Numbered from the stretch's first letter, positions 1 to 10,379 are shown. The stretch is DNA of 64,000 bases from Pustulibacterium marinum (GCF_900116665.1 NZ_FPBK01000015.1:1-64000); one strand, 5' to 3'. Program-made: numbers and translations. Notes: a model not told the origin generated them from the letters alone.

Positions 1-101
1 CTTTTGCAATAGCTAAATCAGCAAGACCTTATGATGAAAATTATATCTCTAAATTATCCTAAATAGTCTTGTTTTTTAACTCAGATCTTTGTTGTGTGCA
101 G

Positions 102-866
102 TTATTTTTTATTATTAAAATCAAATTTGTAACCAAAACTCAAATTAAATGTTTGATTATAATATTTTTGAGGATTCGGTATTAAATCACCTCCATATGA
201 CTTTCCAAAACTTCTATTCCATATAAATTCAAGAATTAAATGATTTTTTTTGTTTGGAAGAAGGTAATTATATCCTATACCGACCAAAAATCCTTGCTCG
301 TTCTTATTTGCACCTCTGTCATTTGTATAGTCATATTTGTTTTCCGAAATTTTAATATCTCCTTTTTCCTTTGAGTTAATTAAATGTCCAAAGGTAAGTC
401 CACCAAGTATGTGTATTTCGTTTTGTTTTATGGGAAAATAGATTTTTAAAGGCAAATCAATTGTCCAGTAATTTTGAATCCATTTGATTGTTCCATCAAC
501 GTTTTCATATTCTTGAGTTTCACTATTCCAATGATTTGTTGCATTTATTTTTGAACCTTTTTGGATATAATTTGCTCCCAATCCTAAAGAAAGTCTTTTA
601 TTGAATCTAAATTCTATCAAACCACCTATGCTAACTCCGCTTTTTAGTTTCTTACTTGCTGGATTGTTTGCATAAAAATTTTCAGGTGAATCTCCATTTA
701 AAAAAGTTTCCGACTCTGCATCCTTTCCGTATTGATTTGCTAACATAAGTCCACTCTTAAAAGTGAAATCAAATCCCTTTTTTGTATCTTGTGCAAAGTT
801 GAAATTTGCAAATAAAATGGAAATGATTAAAGTTAGTAGTAGTTTGATTGTAAATTCCTTTTTCAT
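102..866 (-). CDS. outer-membrane beta-barrel protein (porin-like), signal peptide
   Basis: N-terminal signal peptide MKKEFTIKLLLTLIISILFANFNFAQ. Alternating amphipathic strands. C-terminus ends ...FGYKFDF, a typical terminal aromatic of OM beta-barrels. Confidence 0.55.
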   Translation of the reverse strand: MKKEFTIKLLLTLIISILFANFNFAQDTKKGFDFTFKSGLMLANQYGKDAESETFLNGDSPENFYANNPASKKLKSGVSIGGLIEFRFNKRLSLGLGANYIQKGSKINATNHWNSETQEYENVDGTIKWIQNYWTIDLPLKIYFPIKQNEIHILGGLTFGHLINSKEKGDIKISENKYDYTNDRGANKNEQGFLVGIGYNYLLPNKKNHLILEFIWNRSFGKSYGGDLIPNPQKYYNQTFNLSFGYKFDFNNKK

Positions 867-1750
867 AATTCAGTTTTTTAGATAGATACTCTTTTCTGAA
901 TAAAGTTGCGTCTAATTGCACACAACTCGTTTATATCATGAACAAGATATAACTTTTTACGCAATTTTAAATTTTTATTTCAAAAAAATCTTACAAACAG
1001 CCATCTAAAGACCATAGACATACACCTCCAAAAAGAGGAGTTTTGTATAAAAAGCATGGGGTTGGTTTCATCTCTTAGCTAAGGTCCAAAGGAATATCCC
1101 TCTGTATGTCGGGTTGGTTACCGATAGGCAGCACACATGCTAGGTGCTTATGGAAGCAAGTACATCGCTCTTAGAGCGAGGCTTCTTTGTTGCTAATACA
1201 ATAAAAACCAATACAGGAACTAAGATATAAAAAATGCAGCAATTGAAGATAGTTTGATAGCCGTACGCTCATTTCCCAAGGGGTTTGCTCCCAGTTTTGT
1301 TCCAGTCTTCCTTGGTAAAATGGCGTTTTCGTAAAGGAAACTCACCGTTTACTGCAACAACACTGCAACAAACACACCGGGGTGTTTTACGAAAATGTAA
1401 CAATTGGTCACGTTGGGTACATTTGAGTATCAGTACGTATGAACGGTAATAAAATGGTATCATACCCCACACATGGGTGCAGATTCCCACAGATATGCAC
1501 AAAATTGCACAAATTTGTAATGCTATTTCCAACAATTGCTACAAGTAACTGATATGTATTCCCTACCATAATACACTGGTTTTTAAATGAATTATCCATC
1601 AAATGGATCAAGGCTAAACTCCGTAAAACCTTGAAAATAAACAACCTACAAAAACATATCGGACACGTGCATTACAGTTGCGGACACTTCGTTTTAGTTA
1701 AAACGTTGATATACTGCATAGTAACCCAAACAAATCGGACACTTTAGTCA

Positions 1751-1880
1751 CGTTCTGTTACCGTTCTGTTACCGTTCTGTTACCATCCTGTAAGCGTTCT
1801 GTAAGCAAACACTATGCTCCCACTGCTCATCCTGTTACCAACCTTGTACCAACCTTCTGTATACCTTGTACCACTCCGTG
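1751..1880. repeat. iteron-like short direct repeats (cgttctgttac x3, then ctgtaagc x2 and ccttgtacca x3)
   Basis: Direct repeats read from the sequence: cgttctgttaccgttctgttaccgttctgttacc ... ctgtaagcgttctgtaagc ... ccttgtaccaaccttctgtataccttgtacca. Confidence 0.6.
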
Positions 1881-2175
1881 CTTTTTCTTTTGAGCTACTC
1901 TTACCACTTACTTTTTAGGTATATACAAACTGTATATTGAACATTTCCTTTGAGTTACACCTCAAAGTATCTCCTATAAGTATTTTGTAGTTAAGTATCC
2001 TCAATGAGCAACAAAATCATGATTAAGAACATGTACACTGGTGTATCCACTAGGTATGTTCTAATTGTTCATAAGGAAGATTGAATGAAAACAAACGGTT
2101 CATTGGATGTTTTCAACCGTTTGATTGAAAAGAAACACACGGGTGTTTTGAACAAAACGCACGTGCGTTTCTACA

Positions 2176-2215
2176 AAAACAGACGTCCGTTTTTTATAAA
2201 ACGGACGTCTGTTTT
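2176..2215. repeat. perfect 18-bp inverted repeat (aaaacagacgtccgtttt / aaaacggacgtctgtttt) with 4-nt spacer
   Basis: The right arm is the exact reverse complement of the left arm. It may be a protein-binding palindrome or a strong hairpin. Confidence 0.7.
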
Positions 2216-2350
2216 CAAGGGACTTTGGAAATAACAGTAAATAAAAGGTTTATCAAAGCCGTACCTAAAAGTAATAAAAAATATTGGATACATCATCATG
2301 CTACACTTTAATCTTGATTTCAATACCCCATGAAATTGAATATATATAAG

Positions 2351-3545
2351 GGGCAGTATCTCACCAACAAAACTAAAAATCTAATATACTAACACTCTAA
2401 ACTACTAGAAGAAACATTCAAAATAATAAAAAGGCTTCAGTACACTTTGCTCTATTGCATTCCGCAAAGCACTCAGCCACCGGAAAAGTAAACAGCTTTC
2501 AGCCATTAGCAGTCAGCCTTTAGCTGATAGTTGATAGATTCCGTATCACAGCACAGAATGACAATCGCATAATGCCTAAGTTTCAATTTTTGAATATACC
2601 GTCATCCTGAACTTGTTTCAGGATCTCACCAACAAATCTAAAAACCTAATATACTAACAGTCTAAACTACTAGAAGAAGCATTTAAAATAATAAAAGGCT
2701 TCGGTACACTTTGCTCCATTGCATTCCACAAAGCACTCAGCCACCGAGAGAGCAAAAAGATTCCGTGTCACAGCACGGAATGACAATCGCATAATGCCTA
2801 AGTTTCCATTTTTGAATACACCGTCATCCTGAACTTGTTTCAGGATCTCACTAACAAATCTAAAAATCTAATATACTAACACTCTAAACTACTAGAAGAA
2901 ACATTCAAAATAATAAAAAGGCTTCGGTACACTTTGCTCCATTGCATTCCACAAAGCACTCAGCCACCGGAAAAGTAAACAGCTTTCAGTCATTAGCAGT
3001 CAGCCTTTAGCTGATAGCTGACAGATTCCGTATCACAGCACAGATGACGGATATTTTAAAAGTGTTCAGTAAGCAGTTGCAGTAGGCAGTATCTCACCAA
3101 CAAAACTAAAAACCTAATATACTAACACTCTAAACTACTAGAAGAAACATTCAACATGTATAATTCAGCATTCAAAATAATAAAAAGGCTTCGGTACACT
3201 TTGCTCCATTGCATGCCACAAAGTACTCAGCCACCGGGAGAGCAAAAAGATTCCGTGTCACAGCACGGAATGACAATCGCATAATGCCTAAGTTTCCATT
3301 TTTGAATACACCGTCATCCTGAACTTGTTTCAGGATCTCACTAACAAATCTAAAAATCTAATATACTAACACTCTAAACTACTAGAAGAAACATTCAAAA
3401 TAATAAAAAGGCTTCGGTACACTTTGCTCCATTGCATTCCACAAAGCACTCAGCCACCGAGAGAGCAAAAAGATTCCATGTCGTGGCACGGAATAACGGA
3501 TAATTTATAAGTATTCAGTAAGCAGTAACAGTTTGCAGACTATCT
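2351..3545. repeat. tandem array (~5 copies) of a ~220-275-bp repeat in two alternating variants, each copy carrying conserved hairpins
   Basis: Unit starts (ctcacYaacaaaWctaaaaaYctaatatactaaca...) at ~2359, 2627, 2849, 3093 and 3338. Conserved hairpins are attccgtg-tcacag-cacggaat and atcctgaa-cttgt-ttcaggat. Variant A carries an extra ccggaaaagtaaacagctttcagYcattagcagtcagcctttagctgatag insertion. Confidence 0.85.
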
Positions 3546-3600
3546 ATAAACATATAAGACTTAAAACTGATAACTTCCAACGAATAACGAAACATACACC

Positions 3601-4176
3601 CTACAACATATCAGCAACAAACGCCTGTAGCTCAGTGAAAAAAGCAAAGAACTCCGTTTCAAAAGCATCGTAATGGGCTAGCAAACTGTCACCGGCAATG
3701 TCCAGTGCGCCTCTAAACTTGGTTTTGTGATGCATTTGTTTCAAAATGGTATCTATCCCTTCAATACTAGCATACATGACCAACCAATTGTATTGCAGCA
3801 TAGGTGGCATCAGTCGTAAAATTCGCGGAGGTAAAAGCGCTTCGTGTTCCTGTAAGCTTTTATAGAAATCAGCTGCATAAACATCCAGTGGAGTAGGGTG
3901 GAACTGTTCCCAGTGCTTAGCCAAAAAATGATCATAAAGCATGTCTACAATCACCCCGCTATAATGCCCGTGTACGGCATGGAGCTTCTTGGTACTTTGG
4001 CGTACAATGGGGTGCGCATCGGTATAAGTGTCTATAGCCCTGTGGAGTAGAATTCCTTTTTGAATATCCGGAGGGTAGGTTTGGTACTGTTTGCCTTTAA
4101 TACCGTCTGCAATAAAATTTCCTATGGTAAGTAGTTCATCCGCACCGGATAAATAGATATGGGCTAAGTAATTCAT
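3601..4176 (-). CDS. acpH: acyl carrier protein phosphodiesterase (AcpH family)
   Basis: The N-terminus MNYLAHIYLSG...NFIADGIKG... matches the AcpH signature (MNFLAHLHLA...). The ORF-track start at 4245 looks like an over-extension; the likely start is the MNYLAH Met. Confidence 0.7.
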   Translation of the reverse strand: MNYLAHIYLSGADELLTIGNFIADGIKGKQYQTYPPDIQKGILLHRAIDTYTDAHPIVRQSTKKLHAVHGHYSGVIVDMLYDHFLAKHWEQFHPTPLDVYAADFYKSLQEHEALLPPRILRLMPPMLQYNWLVMYASIEGIDTILKQMHHKTKFRGALDIAGDSLLAHYDAFETEFFAFFTELQAFVADML

Positions 4177-4238
4177 GATTCTAAAGTACAAAATCTTTCG
4201 GTATTTGATATATTTGTTACATAAACAACAAACATATA

Positions 4239-5630
4239 ATGACATTAATTAAATCAATATCAGGTATTCGTGGTACTATTGGAGGAAATGTAGGAGACAA
4301 CCTTACTCCGGTAGATGCAGTAAAGTTTGCTGCTGCCTATGGTACTTGGTTAAAACAAGCATACGCACATCGCCCTTCATTAAAAGTAGTGATGGGAAGA
4401 GATGCACGTATTTCAGGCGAAATGATTCAGGGATTGGTAACCAATACGTTACTTGGTTTGGGGATAGATGTGGTAGCACTAGACCTTTCCACAACGCCTA
4501 CGGTAGAAGTAGCAGTGCCCTTGGAAAATGCTGAAGGAGGAATCATTTTAACGGCAAGCCATAACCCAAAGCAATGGAATGCGCTGAAACTCTTAAATCA
4601 TAAAGGTGAATTTTTAAGCGCAGCGGATGGTGAGGCTATTTTGAAGATCGCTGAGGAGGCGTCTTTTGATTTTGCGGCTGTAGATAGTTTAGGAACTGTT
4701 ACAGCAAACGATGCTTATTTTGATATTCATATTGATGAGATTTTAAAGTTGCCATTAGTGAATGAAGAGGCTATTAAGAAAGCTAAGTTTGTAGTAGCCT
4801 TAGATGCTGTGAATTCTACGGGAGGTATTGCCATTCCTATGTTGTTAGACAGGCTAGGGGTAGAGTGCATCAAGATGTATTGTGATCCTACAGGTGAATT
4901 TCCTCACAATCCGGAACCATTGAAGGAGCATTTAACAGACATTGCGAACAAGGTACTAGAAACCAATGCAGATATGGGGATTGTAGTAGACCCCGATGTA
5001 GATAGATTGGCTTTTATGGCAGAAGATGGTGAAATGTTTGGAGAAGAATACACCCTGGTAGCTGTGGCAGATTACGTGTTGAGCAAAACACCGGGAAATA
5101 CAGTATCTAACATGTCTTCGTCAAGAGCGTTGCGCGATGTAACAGAGAAACATGGCGGAAGTTACGAAGCCAGTGCTGTAGGAGAAGTGAACGTAGTGTC
5201 GTTGATGAAAGAGAACAAGGCCGTGATTGGCGGTGAAGGGAATGGAGGAATCATTTATCCTGAACTGCATTACGGTCGTGATGCATTGGTAGGGATCGCT
5301 TTATTTTTATCGCATTTAGCAGAACAAAAAATGACGGTGAGCGAACTGCGCAAAACCTATCCTGCGTATTTTATGAGTAAGAAGAAGATCGCCTTAACAC
5401 CACAAATTGATGTAGATGCCATTTTGAAAGAAATGACACAGCAATATGCTTCGGAAAACATCACCACCATTGATGGAGTAAAGATTGATTTTCCGGAGAA
5501 TTGGGTGCATTTGCGTAAATCGAATACAGAACCTATTATCCGAATTTATACAGAAGCTACTTCTCAGGAAGCTGCCGATGCTTTAGCAGATCGTTTTATT
5601 ACAGAGATCAGTGCTATTGCAGGAATTTAA
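4239..5630 (+). CDS. glmM: phosphoglucosamine mutase / phosphohexomutase family
   Basis: The N-terminus is ISGIRGTIGG. The active-site serine loop TASHNP and the metal-binding motif DPDVDR are present. Length is 463 aa. Confidence 0.7.
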   Translation: MTLIKSISGIRGTIGGNVGDNLTPVDAVKFAAAYGTWLKQAYAHRPSLKVVMGRDARISGEMIQGLVTNTLLGLGIDVVALDLSTTPTVEVAVPLENAEGGIILTASHNPKQWNALKLLNHKGEFLSAADGEAILKIAEEASFDFAAVDSLGTVTANDAYFDIHIDEILKLPLVNEEAIKKAKFVVALDAVNSTGGIAIPMLLDRLGVECIKMYCDPTGEFPHNPEPLKEHLTDIANKVLETNADMGIVVDPDVDRLAFMAEDGEMFGEEYTLVAVADYVLSKTPGNTVSNMSSSRALRDVTEKHGGSYEASAVGEVNVVSLMKENKAVIGGEGNGGIIYPELHYGRDALVGIALFLSHLAEQKMTVSELRKTYPAYFMSKKKIALTPQIDVDAILKEMTQQYASENITTIDGVKIDFPENWVHLRKSNTEPIIRIYTEATSQEAADALADRFITEISAIAGI

Positions 5631-5684
5631 CGTAATAAGAATAACTCACCAACTTTATGTACAAATGCATAGGTTGGTGATTGC

Positions 5685-6518
5685 TTGCCAATGAAAAAAA
5701 TACTACCATACAGTTTATTGCTATGCCTATTGATGGGTCAATGGGTGATGGGGCAACAGTTCAGTAAAATTACCAGAGAAAATTACAAGCAATACATTGA
5801 AGAAGCGCCAAGGTTTACCATTTATGGTGATAACTATTTTGTAGCAGGTAAACAGCTAAACCAAAGTGCTTCGGATGCTAAAAGCGATGCCCGTTTTGAA
5901 ATTGGTTTCAAAGAACGTTTAATAGATCATCCGTTACCTTGGGATACCTATTTGTTTTTGGCGTATAGACAAAAGGCATTTTGGGAAGTGTATACGGAAT
6001 CGTTTCCGTTTAGAGCCTTAAACTACAACCCCAGTATAGGAATTGGAAAGGTGATCTTTGATAAGAACGACCGTTTGGAAGGTGCTTTTTGGTTTCAATT
6101 TGAACATGAATCCAATGGAGAAGGTGGAGATATTTCACGCAGTTGGAATCGTTTTTCATTATCGTACTTTATGCCCGTTAATGAACATTTTCTCTATACC
6201 TTCAAAGTATGGTTACCACTAGGATCCATGGAGGATAACAGAGATATTACAGATTATGTGGGGTACGGTCAAGTAGATATGAGCTACAAGACGAAAGAAG
6301 ACCGCTGGATTTTTGAAGCGGAAGCCAGAAAAGGAATGGTGGGCTTGCGAGGTAGCTTGCAATTGGGTGTAAATTATAGATTGTCTAAAAAAGGGAACGA
6401 GTATGTGTACTTGCAATTCTTTCAGGGATACGGTCAAGATTTGATCAACTACAACCGTGAACTTTCGTACATTCGGTTAGGCTTTAGTATCAAGGATATG
6501 AGCTTTAATTTCTATTAA
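5685..6518 (+). CDS. pldA: outer membrane phospholipase A1 (OMPLA)
   Basis: Signal peptide present. Conserved blocks HESNGEGGDISRSWNRF, DNRDITDYVGYGQ and QGYGQDLINYNRE align with E. coli PldA (HDSNGRSDPTSRSWNRLY, DNPDITKYMGYYQ, SGYGESLIDYNFNQ). Confidence 0.85.
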   Translation: MPMKKILPYSLLLCLLMGQWVMGQQFSKITRENYKQYIEEAPRFTIYGDNYFVAGKQLNQSASDAKSDARFEIGFKERLIDHPLPWDTYLFLAYRQKAFWEVYTESFPFRALNYNPSIGIGKVIFDKNDRLEGAFWFQFEHESNGEGGDISRSWNRFSLSYFMPVNEHFLYTFKVWLPLGSMEDNRDITDYVGYGQVDMSYKTKEDRWIFEAEARKGMVGLRGSLQLGVNYRLSKKGNEYVYLQFFQGYGQDLINYNRELSYIRLGFSIKDMSFNFY

Positions 6519-6592
6519 ATAGAAAAGTTCATCAAACAATTACTGGATAATCATTTGATGAGCTTTTTTATATGTATTGTAGAAGGCTAACG

Positions 6593-7024
6593 CTAAGAAG
6601 GTTCTTCGTCAAAGTTTACCATCCATTGGATACCAAATTTATCTGTAAACTGTCCAAACCAAGCGCCCCAAAAGGTTTTTTGTAATCCCATAGTTACTTT
6701 ACCACCTACCGATAGCTTTTCAAAAAGCGTTTCGGCTTCTTCCTTTGAATCGGTATTGATAGACACCGCAAAGTTGGTCCCTGCTGTTACCGCTCCGCTA
6801 AATTCATTGGTATCGCTCCCCATCAACATGGTTTCGGTACTAATAGGCAAACACACATGCATAATTTTATCGGCATCTTCAGGGTTCACTTCGCATTCAT
6901 CATTTTGTGGCATATCTTTAAACCTACCAATATAAGTGAACGCTTTATCAAAGACTGATTGGTAGAAAAGAAAGGCTTCTTCGCAGTTTCCGTTAAATGT
7001 AAGATAGATGTTTACTGTAGCCAT
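6593..7024 (-). CDS. VOC/glyoxalase-fold family protein (PhnB-like)
   Basis: The N-terminus MATVNIYLTFNGNCEEAFLFYQSVF is typical of PhnB-like VOC proteins. Length is 143 aa. Confidence 0.6.
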   Translation of the reverse strand: MATVNIYLTFNGNCEEAFLFYQSVFDKAFTYIGRFKDMPQNDECEVNPEDADKIMHVCLPISTETMLMGSDTNEFSGAVTAGTNFAVSINTDSKEEAETLFEKLSVGGKVTMGLQKTFWGAWFGQFTDKFGIQWMVNFDEEPS

Positions 7025-7126
7025 AATATGTTATTTTTTAGATATTTCTTCTTAAATGTAATGAATTTTCTTCAATCGATTGTTGGCTGTTAAGAATACT
7101 TTAGAGAAGTATTTGGTGGAAGCATA

Positions 7127-8665
7127 TTGATTTCCTTCGGATTTAATTATTTTTGCACAAAAGTAGATGCAATGCTGGCAACCAAAGAACCAAGAACCAC
7201 TTTAGAAAAGTATTTTCAACCCTTTAGAGAACAGATTATTGGTATTGATCAATCTTTTGAATCGCCCTATGGAACTCAAAAGATTGTATATGCAGACTGG
7301 ACGGCGAGTGGCCGACTTTATGGTCCTATTGAAAAGAAAATGCAAGAAGTGTTTGGGCCTTTTGTAGCCAATACACATACCGAAACTACACATTCTGGTA
7401 CGGCTATGACCATGGCGTATCACAAAGCAAAACGCATGATCAAAAAACATGTGAACAGCAATGAGAATGATGTATTGATACTAGATGGTAATGGAATGAC
7501 AGGTGTTGTAAATAAGTTTCAACGTATTTTGGGATTAAAGGTCCCAGAGAATTTGAAGAAGTTTACCAACGTGCCTGAGGAAATGAAACCGGTTGTTTTT
7601 ATTTCACATATGGAGCATCATTCCAACCAAACATCTTGGTTAGAAACAATCGCCATTGTAGAGGTAATTCCTCCTGGTGAAGATGGTTTATTCTGCATGC
7701 AAAGTTTTAAGGAAGTAGTGGCTAAATATGAAGCACATACCATCAAAATAGCTTCTATTACTGCGTGTAGTAACGTAACAGGATTAGCCACGCCATACCA
7801 CGAAGTAGCCAAAGTAATGCACCAAAATGGAGGTGTTTGTTTTGTAGATTTTGCGTGTTCTGCACCGTATGTAGAGATCAATATGCATCCAGAAGATGAA
7901 GAAGCATATTTAGACGCAGTATTCTTTTCTCCTCATAAGTTCTTGGGAGGTCCCGGAACTTCGGGTGTTTTGGTTTTTAATAAAAAACTTTACAAAAACA
8001 TGATTCCAGATTGTCCTGGAGGTGGTACCGTGAGTTGGACAAATCCCTGGGGAGAACACAAATACATAGATAATATTGAAGATCGTGAAGATGGTGGTAC
8101 TCCCGGTTTTTTACAAACCATTAGAACTGCTTTGGCCATACAGCTAAAAGAAGAAATGGGAGTTCAAAACATTTGGGATAGAGAGCATGAGATCTTAAGT
8201 CAGCTTTTTAGTGAGTTCAATGAGATTCCTAATTTAAATCTCTTGGCGCCACAACATGAAAATAGATTGGGTGTGTTATCATTTTACATAGATGATCTTC
8301 ATTACAATCTAGGAGTGAAGTTGTTGAATGATAAATTTGGAATTCAAACCCGTGGTGGTTGTAGCTGTGCGGGTACGTACGGGCATTATTTGTTGCATGT
8401 AGACAGAGAAACTTCCAACCAATTAACGCAGGAAATATCACTAGGGGAACTACTTAGAAAACCAGGATGGATTCGTTTGTCTATTCACCCAACGTTGTCT
8501 TGTGAAGAGATCAAGTACATTTGTGAAAGTGTAAAATCTTTAGCGGCTCACCATAAAGAATGGGCTAACGACTATGATTATGACAAAACTAAAAATGAGT
8601 TTATACATAAATCATTTCAGCAAGATATAGCTAGTGAAGTAAATACGTGGTTTACCTTAAAGTAA
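7127..8665 (+). CDS. aminotransferase class V-fold PLP-dependent enzyme (cysteine desulfurase-like)
   Basis: SPHKFLGGPGTSG is a PLP-lysine motif as in cysteine desulfurases/selenocysteine lyases. 512 aa. The real start may be MLATKEP (~7172). Confidence 0.55.
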   Translation: MISFGFNYFCTKVDAMLATKEPRTTLEKYFQPFREQIIGIDQSFESPYGTQKIVYADWTASGRLYGPIEKKMQEVFGPFVANTHTETTHSGTAMTMAYHKAKRMIKKHVNSNENDVLILDGNGMTGVVNKFQRILGLKVPENLKKFTNVPEEMKPVVFISHMEHHSNQTSWLETIAIVEVIPPGEDGLFCMQSFKEVVAKYEAHTIKIASITACSNVTGLATPYHEVAKVMHQNGGVCFVDFACSAPYVEINMHPEDEEAYLDAVFFSPHKFLGGPGTSGVLVFNKKLYKNMIPDCPGGGTVSWTNPWGEHKYIDNIEDREDGGTPGFLQTIRTALAIQLKEEMGVQNIWDREHEILSQLFSEFNEIPNLNLLAPQHENRLGVLSFYIDDLHYNLGVKLLNDKFGIQTRGGCSCAGTYGHYLLHVDRETSNQLTQEISLGELLRKPGWIRLSIHPTLSCEEIKYICESVKSLAAHHKEWANDYDYDKTKNEFIHKSFQQDIASEVNTWFTLK

Positions 8666-8678
8666 TAGCAATGCAGAA

Positions 8679-9590
8679 TTAAACAGCTTCCGAAGTAACC
8701 GTTTGTTTCTTTACAGGCATTTTATCTTTGTGCTTAAATCTATTGTGGGTCCAAAGATAATAGGCAGGTGCTTTACGAATTTGTTGTTCCAGAAGTCTGT
8801 TAAAGGTATCTGTAATTTGATAATTTGGTATCGATTTAGGATCATCCGTAATCACTTCAAAGGAAGCTTTATAATATCCTCGTTTTTGTTTTTCAACATT
8901 TAAAAATACCACCGGTGCATCGAATTTTTTAGACATAATTTCGGCTCCGGCATAAACAGGCACGTTAATACCTAAAAATTGAGTCCAGTAATGGGCGTGT
9001 TGTACTTGAGGAGATTGATCGCTTATAAGACCATAAATAACCAAACGCTTTTCAGTTCTATGCTTTAGCATGGTACGTACGGTATGGTGTCTGGATATCA
9101 AATAAGAATTATGACGTAAACGTACCTTTCTAATCAATCGATCTATATATTTATTGGCTAATGGAGTGTATACCGCATGCCCTTCATGCTTGATAAAATC
9201 GCCTAAAGACATTACCCATTCCCAATTACCATAATGACCAAGGACTAGCATGATACTTTGGTTATTATTTTCGAATTTCTTTAAAACATCAAGATTTGTG
9301 TATACAAAACGTTTTTTCAAAGCTTTTTCGGAAATGGTCATGGATTTAATCATTTCTAAGAACGTATCACAAAAATGATGGTAAAACTTCTTTTCAATTA
9401 ATTTAAGTTCATCATCACCTTTATCTGGAAAAGCTAATCGAAGATTTTTACGAACAACAGAAACTCTGTATCCCAATACTTTGTATACGATAAAACATGC
9501 CACATCAGACATTACGTATAGAAACGAGAACGGAAGTATAGATACAAACCAAAGTAGTGGATATAGTAATAGGTATACAATTAGTTGCAT
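8679..9590 (-). CDS. lysophospholipid / lipid A biosynthesis acyltransferase (LpxL/HtrB family)
   Basis: N-terminal TM helix followed by ...RKNLRLAFPDK... and HYGNWEW (an HX4D-like acyltransferase block). About 300 aa, typical of Kdo2-lipid IVA acyltransferases. Confidence 0.65.
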   Translation of the reverse strand: MQLIVYLLLYPLLWFVSILPFSFLYVMSDVACFIVYKVLGYRVSVVRKNLRLAFPDKGDDELKLIEKKFYHHFCDTFLEMIKSMTISEKALKKRFVYTNLDVLKKFENNNQSIMLVLGHYGNWEWVMSLGDFIKHEGHAVYTPLANKYIDRLIRKVRLRHNSYLISRHHTVRTMLKHRTEKRLVIYGLISDQSPQVQHAHYWTQFLGINVPVYAGAEIMSKKFDAPVVFLNVEKQKRGYYKASFEVITDDPKSIPNYQITDTFNRLLEQQIRKAPAYYLWTHNRFKHKDKMPVKKQTVTSEAV

Positions 9591-9605
9591 TAATAGAGTT
9601 TCGTT

Positions 9606-10301
9606 TTGTGCAAATATAGCTATATTTATTCTCTTAAAACTTATAATTTTTTTATGGATATCAGTTTAGTAGTAATTGTAATTATTGTTGCGAATGCTTT
9701 AATTTCTTTTCAAGGATTTAATAATTATTCATTTTTTGAACGTTATAAATTTCAAATTGGTGCTATTCAAAGAGGGGAGAAAGACCGAATGTTTACTTCC
9801 GGGTTTTTACATGTAGATCCTGGTCACCTTATTTTTAATATGATCACATTATATTTCTTTGGAGATGTAGTCGTGAATAATTTTGGTTCAGGATTATTTA
9901 TAGTGATTTATCTGGTTTCTCTTGTCAGCGGTAGTTTATTGGCATTGTATTTTCATAAAGATGAATATCACTATAGTGCGGTAGGCGCTAGTGGAGCAGT
10001 TATGGGTATTTTGTATTCTGCTATTCTATTATATCCTGAAATGAATCTAAGGTTTTTCTTTATACCTATAGATATTCCGGGTTATATTTTTGGAATCGGA
10101 TATTTATTGTACACTATTTATGGTATGAAGGCAAGGCACGATAATGTAGGCCATACCACGCACTTTGGTGGTGCTATAGGTGGTTATGTACTTACTTTAG
10201 CATTTGAACCTAACCTATTTTTTACAGAATTGAGAATGGTAATTTTACTAGCCATTCCTATTTTAATATTGTTTTATATGATTAAAACAGGTAAAATATA
10301 A
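9606..10301 (+). CDS. rhomboid family intramembrane serine protease
   Basis: A GASGAVMG motif (GxSG catalytic Ser) and a downstream HFGGAIGG (catalytic His-containing TM helix). Multi-TM protein. The start is possibly the MDISLVV Met (~9654). Confidence 0.7.
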   Translation: MCKYSYIYSLKTYNFFMDISLVVIVIIVANALISFQGFNNYSFFERYKFQIGAIQRGEKDRMFTSGFLHVDPGHLIFNMITLYFFGDVVVNNFGSGLFIVIYLVSLVSGSLLALYFHKDEYHYSAVGASGAVMGILYSAILLYPEMNLRFFFIPIDIPGYIFGIGYLLYTIYGMKARHDNVGHTTHFGGAIGGYVLTLAFEPNLFFTELRMVILLAIPILILFYMIKTGKI

Positions 10302-10317
10302 TTTACCCTTTAAAGAA

Positions 10318-10358
10318 ATAAAAAAGAGCTACTAACATATATGGTAGCTCTTTTTTTA
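10318..10358. terminator. bidirectional rho-independent terminator
   Basis: agagctac-N11-gtagctct followed by a T7 run, with an A-run on the other side. It lies between convergent genes. Confidence 0.6.
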
Positions 10359-10379
10359 TATTTATTATTTTCTTCAGAA

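Noticed and set aside
1060-1330. tmRNA, RNase P RNA, SRP RNA or a group II intron domain V (agccgtacgc) in the GC-richer segment
   Set aside because: None of the universally conserved motifs are present: the tmRNA tag-reading frame, the RNase P GGAAAGTCCGG motif, an SRP GGAA tetraloop context, or a domain V palindromic partner gcgtacggtt. Left only as an unassigned candidate structured RNA.
1269-1644. Small ORFs 1269..1535(-) and 1408..1644(-) in the gene-free region
   Set aside because: Overlapping, Cys-rich odd composition, no start context. The region is better explained as repeats/non-coding.
2351-3545. Possible CRISPR array because of regularly spaced repeats
   Set aside because: The repeat period is ~245 bp with no unique spacers between short repeats. 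Whole units are repeated head-to-tail. There are no cas genes in the window.
4303-4534. ORFs 4303..4494(-) and 4346..4534(+) overlapping the phosphoglucosamine mutase gene
   Set aside because: Short, embedded in a well-supported CDS with conserved motifs. Alternative-frame artefacts.
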